Positions 23,590 to 35,625 of a stretch of 64,000 nucleotides of DNA are shown piece by piece. Position 1 is the stretch's first letter; each line of letters opens with the position of its first letter. The stretch comes from Marsupella aquatica. Taxonomy: Eukaryota > Plantae > Marchantiophyta. The stretch spans positions 15,871,375-15,935,374 of the forward strand of contig OZ316897.1 in NCBI GenBank assembly GCA_973895155.1, read 5' to 3'. The position numbers were made by a program, and so were the translations under genes. The notes beneath the pieces are model-generated. The model was not told where the DNA came from. It saw only the letters and a list, made by a program, of their open reading frames with translations, and did no database searches.

Positions 23590-23835
23590 CCCCCTCACTT
23601 TGTCCTTATTTTAGAGCCCAGTTGTGTCTTTATTTAGAGTCCGATTTGGTCCTTACTTGAGGTTACTTGTTTGCTCCCCGAGTCCCCGGCTCTCCCTCAC
23701 TTTGTCCTCATTTTAGAGTCCAGTTGTGTCTTTATTTCGAGTCCAATTTGCTGTTTGCACCCCCTCACTTTGTCCTTTTTAGAGTCCAGTTGTGTCTTTA
23801 TTTAGAGTCCAATTTTGTCCTGAAGTTACTGTCTA
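23590..23835. repeat. Three imperfect copies of CCCCTCACTTTGTCC...TTTAGAGTCCAGTTGTGTCTTTATTTAGAGTCC
   Basis: Copies near 23591, 23693 and 23760. Confidence 0.7.
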
Positions 23836-24925
23836 GAGTCTTCACTTTAGACCCTAGCCAGTGAAAGTAGCTTATGATTCCAATTATTAATAAGATATCA
23901 AGGTACATATTCAAGGCCACATTCTGCTGTTGAGCATTTTTAGACACCATAAGGGTGTGTCCCATACCAAGAAAATTCTTAAACACCATAAGGGTGTCCC
24001 ATGCCAAGGGAGATAATGAAGGTCACACTTTACTATTGAAACATTTCTGGAAATTAACGATAAGGGTGTAGCTATAGTGTGTCCCTGTCCATGGGAGCAT
24101 CATTTTTCAGAGTGAAAAGAAAGGACGAATTAATTGCAACGGCGCAATTAACAATTAAAGTACAGAGTAGAGATCAAAACGGAGGAACAGGCCTACAGAG
24201 CCAATCAGCAACCCTTTGGAACGAAGCACGGGAGAATTCTTGGAGGTATGAAAAACTGAGAGATGTGATGGAACGAAAAGAACAGAATTGAGAATGATGA
24301 AGAGTTGCGGAGAAGGAAACAGAAACCGGTATTGTAAAGAAATGCAACAAACCAACGACTTACTGCATTCCTGTCTCCGTGCTGATTCGTGAGAGACAAT
24401 CCCCATTAGTTACCGAAAAGACGTCAGTTCGACTGGACACATTCGAGTTTTGAGCATCATTGGCAATGAGTGGTTTTGAGCATTAAATTCCCTCCCTGTA
24501 GATCTTCAATAGTTCGAAAGATTTAGTTCGGAACTCAATTGAGACATAGAACGTTTCTGAACCATCCACAACGTTTGGGCGAGAGCTTTCAATGCACTGT
24601 GCAAGAGGCGTTCGACAGTTTGAAATGTTAGATGCACCCTTCATTGAAAATGACAATGAATAGTATTTACAGTAACTTTATCTACATCATTATGTTGTGG
24701 TCGAAGTCTAGCATTGCAGAGCATAAGTACGTACTCTAGTAAACCTTCCCTACTCGATCGAGATAGACAATCCTTTGTGTAGTACATTGCCAGGCGCAAC
24801 GAACTATGCTTGAGATGGAATTGCATTGTCATCCTAGAAGATGGGAAGAGCAGCTTCTGCTGATAACATACAGTACTTGATTTGCCCTTGTCTGGATTGA
24901 TTGGGCACGCAGGCTGTTGGCAAGG

Positions 24926-27181
24926 TTACTTCATACTGGAGGGTTGGAGCCTTTCCACCTGCGGATTTCCGAGGGTGGAATGCACTAATCCATATTGCTC
25001 TAGAACCTGATCATCAGCAAAATCGAATGCGCGTTTGAGTTGGGATCGACACTCATCCATCTCGAACTTCCCAATCTTTTCACCGCACGGCTGGCAGCCA
25101 GCGAAATGCGTGATCCACGGCCAGGTCATTGTCCCAAATCCCTGATCGGCCTTCGACATGCTCTCGTACCTGGGCGTGATTAACTTCCAGTAACCGCTCA
25201 TGGTGAATTCCCTCTCGAGGCGGAACCTCGGAATCCATTTTTTCTCCTTCTCTTCCTTCTCCATCACCAGCATGTAGAGGAGAGCCGACTGATCATCCGC
25301 TTCTATACCAGGGTCCCGCCCGACGAGCACTTCCGATGCTCGCCTCCCAGACTCTACTCTCGCTTGCTTGGTCCCGAGACTAGCCCAGGCGTCGAACAGG
25401 TCTAGAGTCCACTGGCAGTTTCGGGCGAGATAGACCCCGGCGTTGACTGCAATCCAGTCATTCACCGCAAGAAGCTCGGCATCCCCATAGAGAATAAAGT
25501 TTTGACCCTCAAACTTCTCATATGGAGGAGTGAAAACCATATCGGTGATAGCAGCGTCGCCATCGCACCACCAGAACCATTCTACATCGGGGTGGGAAAG
25601 CATGAGAACTCGAATCGTGGGGATCTTCGTCCACCAGTAATCCAGCTCCCTGTCGAAATCGACTTGGCCGTAGAACATTGGCATGTCGTGAAAGCGACCG
25701 TAATCCACCTTGTTCTTCAGCGCTTGCAGAAGACCGTGACTTCCATCAGGATGAATGCACTCTTTCGTCGATGAACCAGTGACGATCATAGTCTTCGGGT
25801 GTCCTTCGGCATTGACCCTCTTCACGCCGGGGTTCTTCTTGAACCAGGCCTCGCGCTGAGCGTCCCAGTTCTCCACCCTGGGGCCGGGGAGTTTGTGGAT
25901 GCCGAAGCCTTTATAACCAGGAAGAGGCACATCAGGGGACGGGACAACATTCTCAGATATATGCCCAGGAATAGGGACCAGCTCGTTGATACCAAGTCCG
26001 CGGAGCTGATACCCATACCTCCGATACACCTGCTGATCCGCGAAATCCATCGCACGTTCCATCCCTCGCCTGCATTTTTCCCAAGGGTAAGCTCCCTCTA
26101 CACCCCCACAGCGCAAGCAACCGGTAAAGCGGGTCACGATAGGCCATCGAGGATCTCCACGGCCATAACCCTCCAGCTCCTCCAGCTCCTCGGTCACCGA
26201 GGTCCAATCCCGGTTGAGGTAAAAGTCCTTCTCCAAGTAAGTCTTCGCGTACCACACCGATTTCTCTATCGAGAGAAGGTACACTAGAGCTGATTGATCA
26301 TCAGCTTCCATGCCCTGGGGTCGATCCCGGAGAGAATCTGAAAGGAATTTCCCGACGAACTCTCTCTGGTGAACGTTTCCCATGGAGGCCCAGGCGTCCA
26401 AGAGGTGAAGTGACCACTGGCAATTCCGAATGAGAAAATTCCCTGTACCGAGGCCCTTCCAGTCCTTCAGCTCGAAGACACGATGCTCATCTCCAAAAAC
26501 GACCAAATTATAGCCCTCGTATTTGTCTAGAGGAAGCTTGAACTCCATGTCAATGATCACAACGTCGTTGTCAATCCACCAGAGCCATTCCACCTCTGGG
26601 TGAGCCAACATCTGCATCCGCAACACCAGGAGCTTGGTCCAGCTCCCTACGACCAAGCTCCCTACAAAATCCTGGTCCGGTTCCACGAAATTGTAAAACA
26701 GCTGGAAATCGTGCACTCGTGAGAAGTGGACCTTGTTCTTAGCGGTTTTGAGGTACATGTGCGTATCCACAGAATTATCGCATCGGGTAGGCTGCGAGCC
26801 CGTGACAATCAAAACCTTCGGCCTTCCAGCTCGAGCATCACGATTATTTTGCCACCATCGTGTTCGTTGGGAGTCGAAGTCGACGACCCGAGGCATTAAG
26901 GCAAACGAGGTGTTCCTCTTCGTCGCAATTTCTGGTAGTGCGTTCGACGAGACGGATATCTCGTTACTGCGGATTTTCAAGTGCTCCTCGCTGTTGCCAT
27001 GGGGTATGTCTTCAACGTTTCCTGGACCTAACAGCATGCACATCATTAGCAACGCGAACACGATGATGCCTACTATTTTGAATGGTTTCTTGCAGGAAAC
27101 TCCTTTGTGATTGTGGCCGCTGCTTAGACTCCATCCTTTGCCGCCCCTGGACGAGAATTTAGGATCCTTCATTGTCGACAC
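24926..27181 (-). CDS. GT34 glycosyltransferase (xyloglucan xylosyltransferase / galactomannan galactosyltransferase-like) with two tandem catalytic domains, intronless
   Basis: Type II TM segment, then twice: IVTGS..C, KNKV, W.K...R..ML.HP.VEW.WW.D.D, RNCQW.L.L.DAW, EADDQSAL, WP..T.F.GC, RA.DFAD.QV. Confidence 0.93.
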   Translation of the reverse strand: MSTMKDPKFSSRGGKGWSLSSGHNHKGVSCKKPFKIVGIIVFALLMMCMLLGPGNVEDIPHGNSEEHLKIRSNEISVSSNALPEIATKRNTSFALMPRVVDFDSQRTRWWQNNRDARAGRPKVLIVTGSQPTRCDNSVDTHMYLKTAKNKVHFSRVHDFQLFYNFVEPDQDFVGSLVVGSWTKLLVLRMQMLAHPEVEWLWWIDNDVVIIDMEFKLPLDKYEGYNLVVFGDEHRVFELKDWKGLGTGNFLIRNCQWSLHLLDAWASMGNVHQREFVGKFLSDSLRDRPQGMEADDQSALVYLLSIEKSVWYAKTYLEKDFYLNRDWTSVTEELEELEGYGRGDPRWPIVTRFTGCLRCGGVEGAYPWEKCRRGMERAMDFADQQVYRRYGYQLRGLGINELVPIPGHISENVVPSPDVPLPGYKGFGIHKLPGPRVENWDAQREAWFKKNPGVKRVNAEGHPKTMIVTGSSTKECIHPDGSHGLLQALKNKVDYGRFHDMPMFYGQVDFDRELDYWWTKIPTIRVLMLSHPDVEWFWWCDGDAAITDMVFTPPYEKFEGQNFILYGDAELLAVNDWIAVNAGVYLARNCQWTLDLFDAWASLGTKQARVESGRRASEVLVGRDPGIEADDQSALLYMLVMEKEEKEKKWIPRFRLEREFTMSGYWKLITPRYESMSKADQGFGTMTWPWITHFAGCQPCGEKIGKFEMDECRSQLKRAFDFADDQVLEQYGLVHSTLGNPQVERLQPSSMK

Positions 27182-28509
27182 TGATGGCCTGTCACAACGA
27201 AATGTATCAATTCTTCACAAATCTCACGAGTCTTTCCTCCTTTTGAAGAAAAAAGCGCACTGGAGTGCACTTGACAATGATTTTTCATCAGCCACCTCAA
27301 TTCGAACCAATCTCTGCTCCCTCAGCAGCGCCTCATTGTAGTTGCTGAACCAGTAGCTCAAGATTGTAGAGTACACAGGGATATAAGCAAAGGCGGCGCA
27401 TGCAGGGAGAGTTGTTTGCCTCCTGAGGACCAGCGATTGTCGCGTAGCTTAAAGGGGCTCCCTAGTCCCTAACGCAACAATGTTCGAGAAGACACAAATT
27501 CCCAGCTACTGTTGTAACGAGCCCGTCCAAGCTTTCCCAAACAACGGACAGTCCTCGACATTGCTGCCAGCGCGTGGAGGGACTGCTTTATGAGCGAAGC
27601 CAAGCATCCATCATCAGTGCTCCTCCTCCAAAGTTCGAAACCCGAATGCAGAAAGTGCACACAACCCCTACGTAAACCTCGGCCTCAATCTACGGTACTG
27701 TAAGTAGCTATGATACTCCTCCGACAAACTTCAGAAACACCAGCCTCTCTGCCCACACCCTCCTGGTCCTGGACGCACTTTTGCCCTCCCACTGTCCGAC
27801 TTCCGTCATGCGAGCTCACCCTACAATAGCCCCTACCCCACAGAAGAGAAGACGAGAGCTACCTCTGCTGTTGAAATCACGCACCCGGGCTGGACGCTAC
27901 AGACATCCCTACGCCGAGCACTCCTGTAGAGTGCTGAACTAGAAAAGGTTACTGCAACGTTAGTCACGTACGCACATGCCCTCTTCGGCAGCCATATTAT
28001 CGTGGAAGCGATTTCAAATACCGTCACAAACGAACGTGGCTAATCTCCTCTACCACATATATGATATATCATTCTGACGGACCCGACCTACCCGTAATCA
28101 ATCACTTTTTCGTGGCACAGAACGTGAAGTACGTTTGGCACAGAGGCTGGAGAAGTGTCTGTCGAGCCCCAGACGGTGCTGGAGAAAGTATCTGTGGAGC
28201 CCAGAAGGTGCAGCAGCATCAGAAGAAGCAGTAGTGACTACGGTAGTGAGGGCCTCAGGGCCTGTTCAAGTGTTCAGTGGATGGGAATCCCCGGTCTATG
28301 GTGTCTGCAAGAACTAATGTTGTACAGCTGTACGCTTATTAAGGCACTATTACACAATTTTATAGGAGCAGCACCCTGCACATAGATTGACGACAGTAAA
28401 GCTACACTCGTAAACGACTCGATGCTCCATCTCTACAGAGCTGGGTCGTCTGGTGGCCTTTGCCTTGCTCAGGTTTTTTGTTCATGAGAAACATGATGTG
28501 TGTTTGATG

Positions 28510-29170
28510 AGGTGTGCGAGACTCCGACTCTGCAGAAAGAGCTGCTCGGCTTGAGTCCAGTGGTGGATTGATTTTGAGGTGGGAAGACACACTAATTCAG
28601 TGTTGTGTAAGTTATGTTTTGGGGCAGCAACTGAACAGCGCCGCGAATAGCACTCATAGCTGGATTCAAAGGAAAGCCATGAAAGACAAGGGGACCCTAG
28701 AGGCTTCACTTGCTTACTCAGGATTTTCACCGGGTAGGTTAATTAATCAGAGGTGTATGTGTCAACAGCATGCTACTCTCCAAATCACTCATATTTCTGC
28801 TCCAGGGTCATAGTCATATCCTTTCAATCTTTCCAAAGAAAGTCCAAAATCTCCTGAAGATTGTTCTGCACTTGCTCTGGAAGATTCTGACGGTATGATA
28901 AGGTGCTAGAGCAGAAGCAGGAGTGATTTGGAGAGTAACATGCTTGCAACACACTTACTTCTGATTAATTAACCTACCCTCTGAGAACTCTAGGGTCCTT
29001 CTCATTCATGGCTTGCTTTCAAATCCGGCAGTGGAATGCCATCCGTGGCGCTGGTCAATGGCTTCCAAAATTTACCTTAAAGAACAGTGAGTTAGTGCTC
29101 TCCCCTCGTCAAGAATCAATCCAAAGCTGGACTCAATCAAAACAGAGGAGAGTTGGAGTCTCATATCAGT
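28510..29170. repeat. Long imperfect inverted repeat (foldback) centred near 28855
   Basis: Arm pairs include GGGTAGGTTAATTAATCAGA / TCTGATTAATTAACCTACCC, TACTCTCCAAATCACTC / GAGTGATTTGGAGAGTA, TTGAGTCCAG / CTGGACTCAA and GAGACTCCGACTCT / AGAGTTGGAGTCTC. Confidence 0.85.
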
Positions 29171-29789
29171 GTATAGTCTTTGCCACTTTTGGCAGATACC
29201 TTTAATTCCTTCTATTAGAGCATCCGCACCGGTGCCTGCCAAAAGGCATCGGGCTTGCAAAAGCCTGCTTTTCCAGGTCCCGGTAATTTTCCGTGTTGCA
29301 CCAGTCGCTGCTATAGCTAAACGGTTTTCAGGTCTCTGGCTATACTCGTTTGCCGACTGCTATATCGGCCCCCTTTGGCAGTCTCGTTTGGCAGTCCTTG
29401 GAAAACCCATCTAGGATCCAAAGCCTGCCACTTGTCCACATCCTACGTGCAAGCAAACCTCCCCCTGTGAATATGAATTCTGGCGCGCGTACCTGCAGCA
29501 GCAACGTTTTCCAGGCCCCGTTTAGCAGGCACTGGTGCAGCACGACTTGAGCACAGGGCCTAAACCCATATGCAGGCCTGAAAACCTTGGGGCAAATTTT
29601 GCGTTTGGCAGCACCGCACCTGGAAACCGGTGCGGATGCTTAGCTACAGTAATTTCCCACTTAGTGGCAGGCCCCCTTAGCCAGAATGCCAGGTTTTCAC
29701 TGTCGGACATGGTGTCTACTTGTCGGACACGACAAATGATAACTTGTCGGCTCAAAAATGGGTAATTTGTCGGATATTCCTCTATATTC

Positions 29790-30070
29790 CCCGGTCGGGA
29801 CCGACCCCCCGACCCAACTCCCCCGACCCCCTGACCCGACCCCCGACCCAAGCCGACCAACACCCCGACCCCCCCGGCCCTACGTCTGACCCCCCCCCCA
29901 ACCGACCCGACCCAACCTGACCAACACCCCGACCCCCCCCCGACTGACCCCCCGACTCGACCCGACCCCGACCGACCCCCCGATCCGACCCGACCCCCCA
30001 ACCACCCAACCCGACCCTGACCCGACTGAGCCCCCAGACCCTCACCCGACCCGACTCCCTTACCCGGCCG
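29790..30070. repeat. C-rich (CCCGA/CCGAC)n low-complexity tract flanked by TGTCGGA motifs
   Basis: Dense CCGAC repeats; TGTCGG(A) copies at ~29701-29775 and ~30091-30128. Confidence 0.8.
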
Positions 30071-33000
30071 GGATCAATCGGGGCGACATCTGTCGGATGT
30101 CGGACCCCAATGCCCCTATTTGTCGGACAAGTTCAAACTGGGCCAGAATGTGATGGTTATCATTAGATCTAGGGAGATCTATTATTCATAAAAATTAATC
30201 TAAGTAAATTCTTGGAATCTTCTCGTCCATACAAGGTCATATTGGCCTCCCTGACCAAAAAGAAAAGACAATAAAACTTAGGCTGGTGAGGCTCATTGCA
30301 AAGGTCGTCTTCTCTCAGCCTCCCAGGCCAAAAAGACAAGACCATTAAAATTAGGCTGGGGAGGCTCATTGCAAACGGGTGAGGCCCACCTCAGCGCCTT
30401 AGCCAGAATCTGACAGTTGTCATTAAATCTAGGCCCCTATCTGCTATTTCCTATTTCCTACACTATTATTTGAGATTGAAGTCGACCATTTGTGACTTAC
30501 ACTATAGAGCAAAAGTCATAGGCCAAAATTTATACGGTGACCAAATACGTTGATACTTAGATTAGGGCTGTGAGTAGGGAGGGGGCAGGGGGAGCCCTTC
30601 CTCTGCATACGCATGGGTAGTCAGGATAGTTTCGTGTGTTCACTGCAAATAGATGGATGCTTTCAGTGCAAAGAGATAGGTGCTGTAGACATGGGAGAGT
30701 CAGAGTGAAGCCAGTAGCCCATTCTCTCTTCGCTTTTTCCCTCTTTGTGTTTTGACTGGATCATGTTACTCACAAGGGGGGTGAAAACACCCATTTTTCT
30801 CATTCGGGAAAACAGTGGGAGTGGCCACTTCTCTACTTCCATGGGAATTCAATTTTGTCATGTAATTTCACACACATGCATGTGAACCATTGCATTTTCC
30901 TAGAACTAACGCAGGAACTAACTTGAGGCATTAGATCTGGCGAGTAACTGTCATAGCTACACTAGACAAGGATTTTATGAATTGGACAAAAATCGATATT
31001 ATTTTCCTTTCTGTTGAGTAGCCAGAGCATTCTTTGTAATACTAGGAGAAAAATTCCTTACAAACGGCTGAAGCCCATCCACGGAAGATTACCTCATTCT
31101 TCTTGTGGTCATGGGCCCACTCTTAGAGGACTTTGGAGGTCCTAAACTTTCAAATTCAATGTGTAAGGCCTAAGTGTGGAACCATCTATGTTTCTCTTGT
31201 CAATGCTAGCCCTCTAACTATGATGGTGCCCATGTTGTGCCTACTCAAGTTGCAGATTACAATAAGACCCCTCCACATGTTCATGAACTTTACATAATGA
31301 CAAGTAAAATTACAAGTGCACAAGTCTTGAAAAATAGTGCACATAAGGTATATATTTTCACTTGCTTTAATGACAATGAATCAACCAAAAATTGAGGTTA
31401 GAAAGAGTTGGCAAAGCTTGGACATTCCATCCCATCGGCCTCATTTTCAAAGTGATATTTTTCCATGTACGCTGCTTGAACATCTACCCAATTCATGATG
31501 GTTTGTAGAAGCCCCAACTTCAAACTGTGGCTGTAAAACCCAAAACTACTTCTCTCTGTTTTAAACCCATGCATCCTTCTTGCTGCCCCAAGTTGTGCTT
31601 TTATTTGGCTGTGTGTTATATTTTACACACTCAATCCTATCAAATAGTATGCAATATAAGACTGTCGTGTCTAGAATGTCTTTTTTTATCATTTTCCGAA
31701 ACTACCCCCTTATTTGTCCAGCTGGGGATGTCCCCCTTTATGCTAGGCGCCGATTTACTGGAATTATTGAGTAATTGGGCAAACCGGATTTAGATTACGG
31801 GCCAATTTGTTTTTAACTATCGAATATTTGCTTTAACTGGATACGACAACGGTACAGGATCGCTAGTTCGCTACCTGCAGCCCCCCGTGCATCACTAATC
31901 AAGCCGGTCAGTCCGGGGAGGGCATGCCCAAGATATTCCCAAGTGCCCATGCGTAGCGCCATAAGGTCATTATTTATTTATTATTAAATTGGTACTGTCG
32001 TGCTCGTCCGGAAGTCCGTCCGTCGTGTCTGTCCGTGTCCTGTCCTGTCCTGTCGTTCGGCCAGTAAGGAAGGAACTAATTCGCCCGTTACGAAAACAAA
32101 TGCTCGGCACTTTTTGTTTGTTTTATTCTCATCATCGCTTTCTTTCTTTCTTTCTTGCTGCTAAAGTGCAGCACTTAGTGATTGAGATGTCGCAGAGAAA
32201 ATAGTGTAGATGTACACTTAATTAACGCAAACACGACGACAATGTGTAGGGTAACCCATGGAGTTAGTGATTAAGAGTAATTGAGATGTTGCAGAGAATA
32301 TAAATGTTCAATTAACTTAACTCAAAACATACCATAGTTAGTGAAGGGTAACCAAAAAGCTGGTTGTGGCATCTAATACTCGAGGAAACAAAATCCAAAT
32401 GGGTTATAGCCATGGCCATGGATTCACTAGACAAAACTTCTGAGTGTAATTTTGAGTTACTTTGACCTTGAAATTTGTGTCTGAAATTGGATAACCCTCA
32501 ACACTAGCTAGCCATGGACCAAAATCTCATAACCCCAAGACCAGGTTGGAAGGGGGGTTAGGGCCCATAACTATCCATAGAATAACGGTAGAAATAACCC
32601 GTAGAGTAACCCATTTAGCAAAGAATTGCAAATTAAATTTTAACTGGATCTGTTTCGTGTGATGACTCCCTTATTGCCTATGATAAATTTAGACCATGTG
32701 CATCCAATGAATCCAATCTCAATCGCAGTATTTGTCTGCCATAGTACATGCTCTTTAGGGTGACGGATGTGTTGATAGTCATATTCCAGCAAGTAGAGAT
32801 ACAATTTAAGGGTAAAGTTGAGGCCCTTTCCTTCTTTCCAAACTTGTACAATGGTCCTCCTTTTGTTACCTGACCAGCAACGAATGATTGCCAGTCTAAC
32901 ATTATGGGTGTCACTTATTGGTCACGCTCCAACAAGTACAAAGATGATCACATTTGAGGGTAAAGTTGACTGACATGAAAGAATTCTTTCGAGGTCTCAA

Positions 33001-33519
33001 AAGGACCCCAGCATATTTTGTTAGGCCAATCGAACAATTTCAGTGATTATTGTGTGAATGGTGGCAGTTCCTTCAATTGTCAGGGCCTGCAAGGTCTATT
33101 TCAATTGAAGCTCCATGGACTTCCACGTCTGTCAAAATGCTTGGATCCACGCTTGGATGAACCTTTGCAACCAAGATGGACAAAGCAAAGTAAACACACT
33201 TTTCGGCTCAGACAGGACATTGTACGTACAGATGAGTGAAATGTAGTCAGAGAACTACTGTAGACAATTGTAGTTGGAGATTTGTTGGCCTTGATTCTCA
33301 ATACAAATTTCCCTCATTTGGCTCATGGAAAGTGCTTTCCAAAAAGCTTCTAATGAACTCCAAAACATCAAATTCCATTGGATATCAAATGAGATAATCA
33401 ATCCAGGGTTGTTGAGGGTGAGTGTGTGTTGGTGGGGTGTACTGGTGGGAGTATTGGTTTCTCTTCAGCCTTAGATGATCCACTTTGGGCTCTCGTCCAA
33501 CCCTCTCTCTCTCCTGGTC

Positions 33520-33630
33520 CTGGGTATGAACCCCTTTGTGTACTACCCTACAGAGGTGCATGCTCCAAAATGGATGACCTATCCTTTGTTGGATGGGTCA
33601 GCTTTTGATTTTCAAGGAAAAAAAGAGGAG
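33520..33630. repeat. Short dispersed repeat; second copy at ~55084-55207
   Basis: Both copies share GGGTATGA..CCCC..TTGTG..CTACC.TACAGAGGTGCATGCTCCA...TGGGTCAGCTTT...TTCAAGG.AAAAAAG. Confidence 0.65.
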
Positions 33631-34254
33631 AGTAATCAATCAAAGCTAGTTTGCTCAAAGACTTTGGAAAGCACAAAATGTGGATGGGGAGCAACTGAGT
33701 AATCTTTAGAAATTCATAATTTTCTCAAGTCTTCACAAAACTAGAGTTATTAGACTGGTTGGAAATATCTTTCCAAATTGCTTCTAACAAGCTCAAGAAG
33801 AGCCAATTCAGCGAGATATGGAGATAAATATTGAAATTAATTCTTGGTGTTTACATATTTTTGGAACGAGGATAGGAAAATGTAAATGAGTGAAGATATA
33901 AAGGTCTCAATAGTTCACTGGCTCAGTCAGTGGGAGCATCATTTTCATTTCATGTCTGAGTTTCACTTATTTAAAAGAAATTTCTTTTGAGGCCAATAAT
34001 TTTTTGAGGATCGTTCCTTCTGTCAAACCTGGTACAGGTGGCCAGCCTTAGTTACATGCCTAGCAACAAAAGTCAATGTAGCCTTGATAATAGGACGGTC
34101 ACTTCGAGCCCCTACTCGTGATGAGGTGGCCAAGGGAGTGAGCCCCTTTTTGTGTAGCTAGGAATCAACTGATGCCAACCAAAGGAATGGTACATGTCCC
34201 AAACCAGTGATCGAATCTTAACAACACAAAACGTCATTGAAAGAGGTGTTCACG

Positions 34255-35625
34255 TAACAAAAGTATCTGAAAAATCATTGGAGATGACTGTTGTGGTTTG
34301 GCATAATTATCTAACGCTTTCTTTACATTTCTTAAGAACATTTCCTACAATAGCGCACTTATAGGGACTGAAAGACTGCTGCATGGCGTGAGCTGTGAGG
34401 TCCCACTCCCCAATTATTCTTCTCAAAGGCTGCAACAAACAACCCCAATTTAAAAACTAAAATAACATTGAAGGGGCAACAGTAAGTTTCTGCTGCTGTA
34501 ACATGGCAAGCCTAGAACAAAAGTTGCAAATAAATAAACTATTTTAAAGAGCAGGCAACTATTACCCTAAAAGTTATGACTGTGTGGTAGAGCGAGGGAG
34601 AAAAAGCTAAAAGACTGGGACTTGATTGAGTAGGCAGGGTTGTAAATATTTCAGTGCATAGTGCATAGTGAGCCCTTTGCTGGTCCCTTTTCTGACTCTA
34701 CTATTTCTTATATGCCTCTCTAGCCTACGGGTTCAAGGGGGGGGGGGGGATAAATTGCGAATTAAAAAAAGCTACCGCTAAGGGGGGCCCGCCCCTAACC
34801 GGCCACTCTCTTTTGGCCTAGGTCATCAAAAAGTTTCTCCTGTAGGAACTCCCACTTAAGTTCCCATCATAGGACTCTCATATCCTTAGAAAATATAAAT
34901 TCTCTTTAATACAGTTTGCTTTTAGCCGTAGAGAAGACTAAAGCCTATTGTGAACTTATGACATAACACTATGCTAGAAAAGAAAAATGTTCTTTCATAT
35001 AAACAATTGTACTGTAGAGTTGTGGAGTACTACTGTATGTATTGTTTAGCCGGAGTACTTTTTCGAGATTTTGGGGTTTAAAACAGCAAAAATCATTGCA
35101 GACGAGGTCTGGGAACTTAAAGCTGGGACAGACACAAAGGTTTATAGGGACAACCAGGATGGACACTGCCTGTTGACATTGTAACACCAATCCCTAATGA
35201 CACCCAAAATGGATTACAGGTGTATTATGAAAGGAAGCTAACCAAGATTTAGACATTATGTTGAGTATGTTTAACCTCCTCTGTTGCTCCTGCCTGGACA
35301 CACTACTGGGAGAAACAACCAAAAACCTCCTGCTCCCGGTCAGACAGCTCCTTACAGGTCACCATTGGAGCACAAGTGAAAAGCGTGTTATACAAGCACA
35401 ATCTTAAGTTTGTTCTATATCCATCTAGGTTGTGTTTGTCCATCGGGGTTTTCTCTCAAAGGGTTGTGTCTATCCCGGCTTTAAGTTCCGAGGTCTGGTG
35501 ACAAAAGTAGTTGAAAAATCATTGGAAATGTGTTGATTTAGCACATTTAATGCTTTCTTTACATTTCCGACACTATTTCCCTATGCGTAAGGCTGCTGCA
35601 TGGGGGGAGCCCTGAGGTCCCACAT
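34255..35625. repeat. Pair of diverged ~130-150 bp direct repeats (34255-34410 and 35500-35625)
   Basis: Both share ACAAAAGTA..TGAAAAATCATTGGA...GCTTTCTTTACATTTC...CTGCTGCATGG...TGAGGTCCCAC. Confidence 0.6.

Noticed and set aside
25502-27110. Plus-strand ORFs over the GT34 gene
   Set aside because: Antisense shadows of a GC-rich CDS with no recognisable motifs.
29522-30045. Gly/Arg-rich and Pro-rich ORFs
   Set aside because: Artefacts of the C-rich low-complexity tract.
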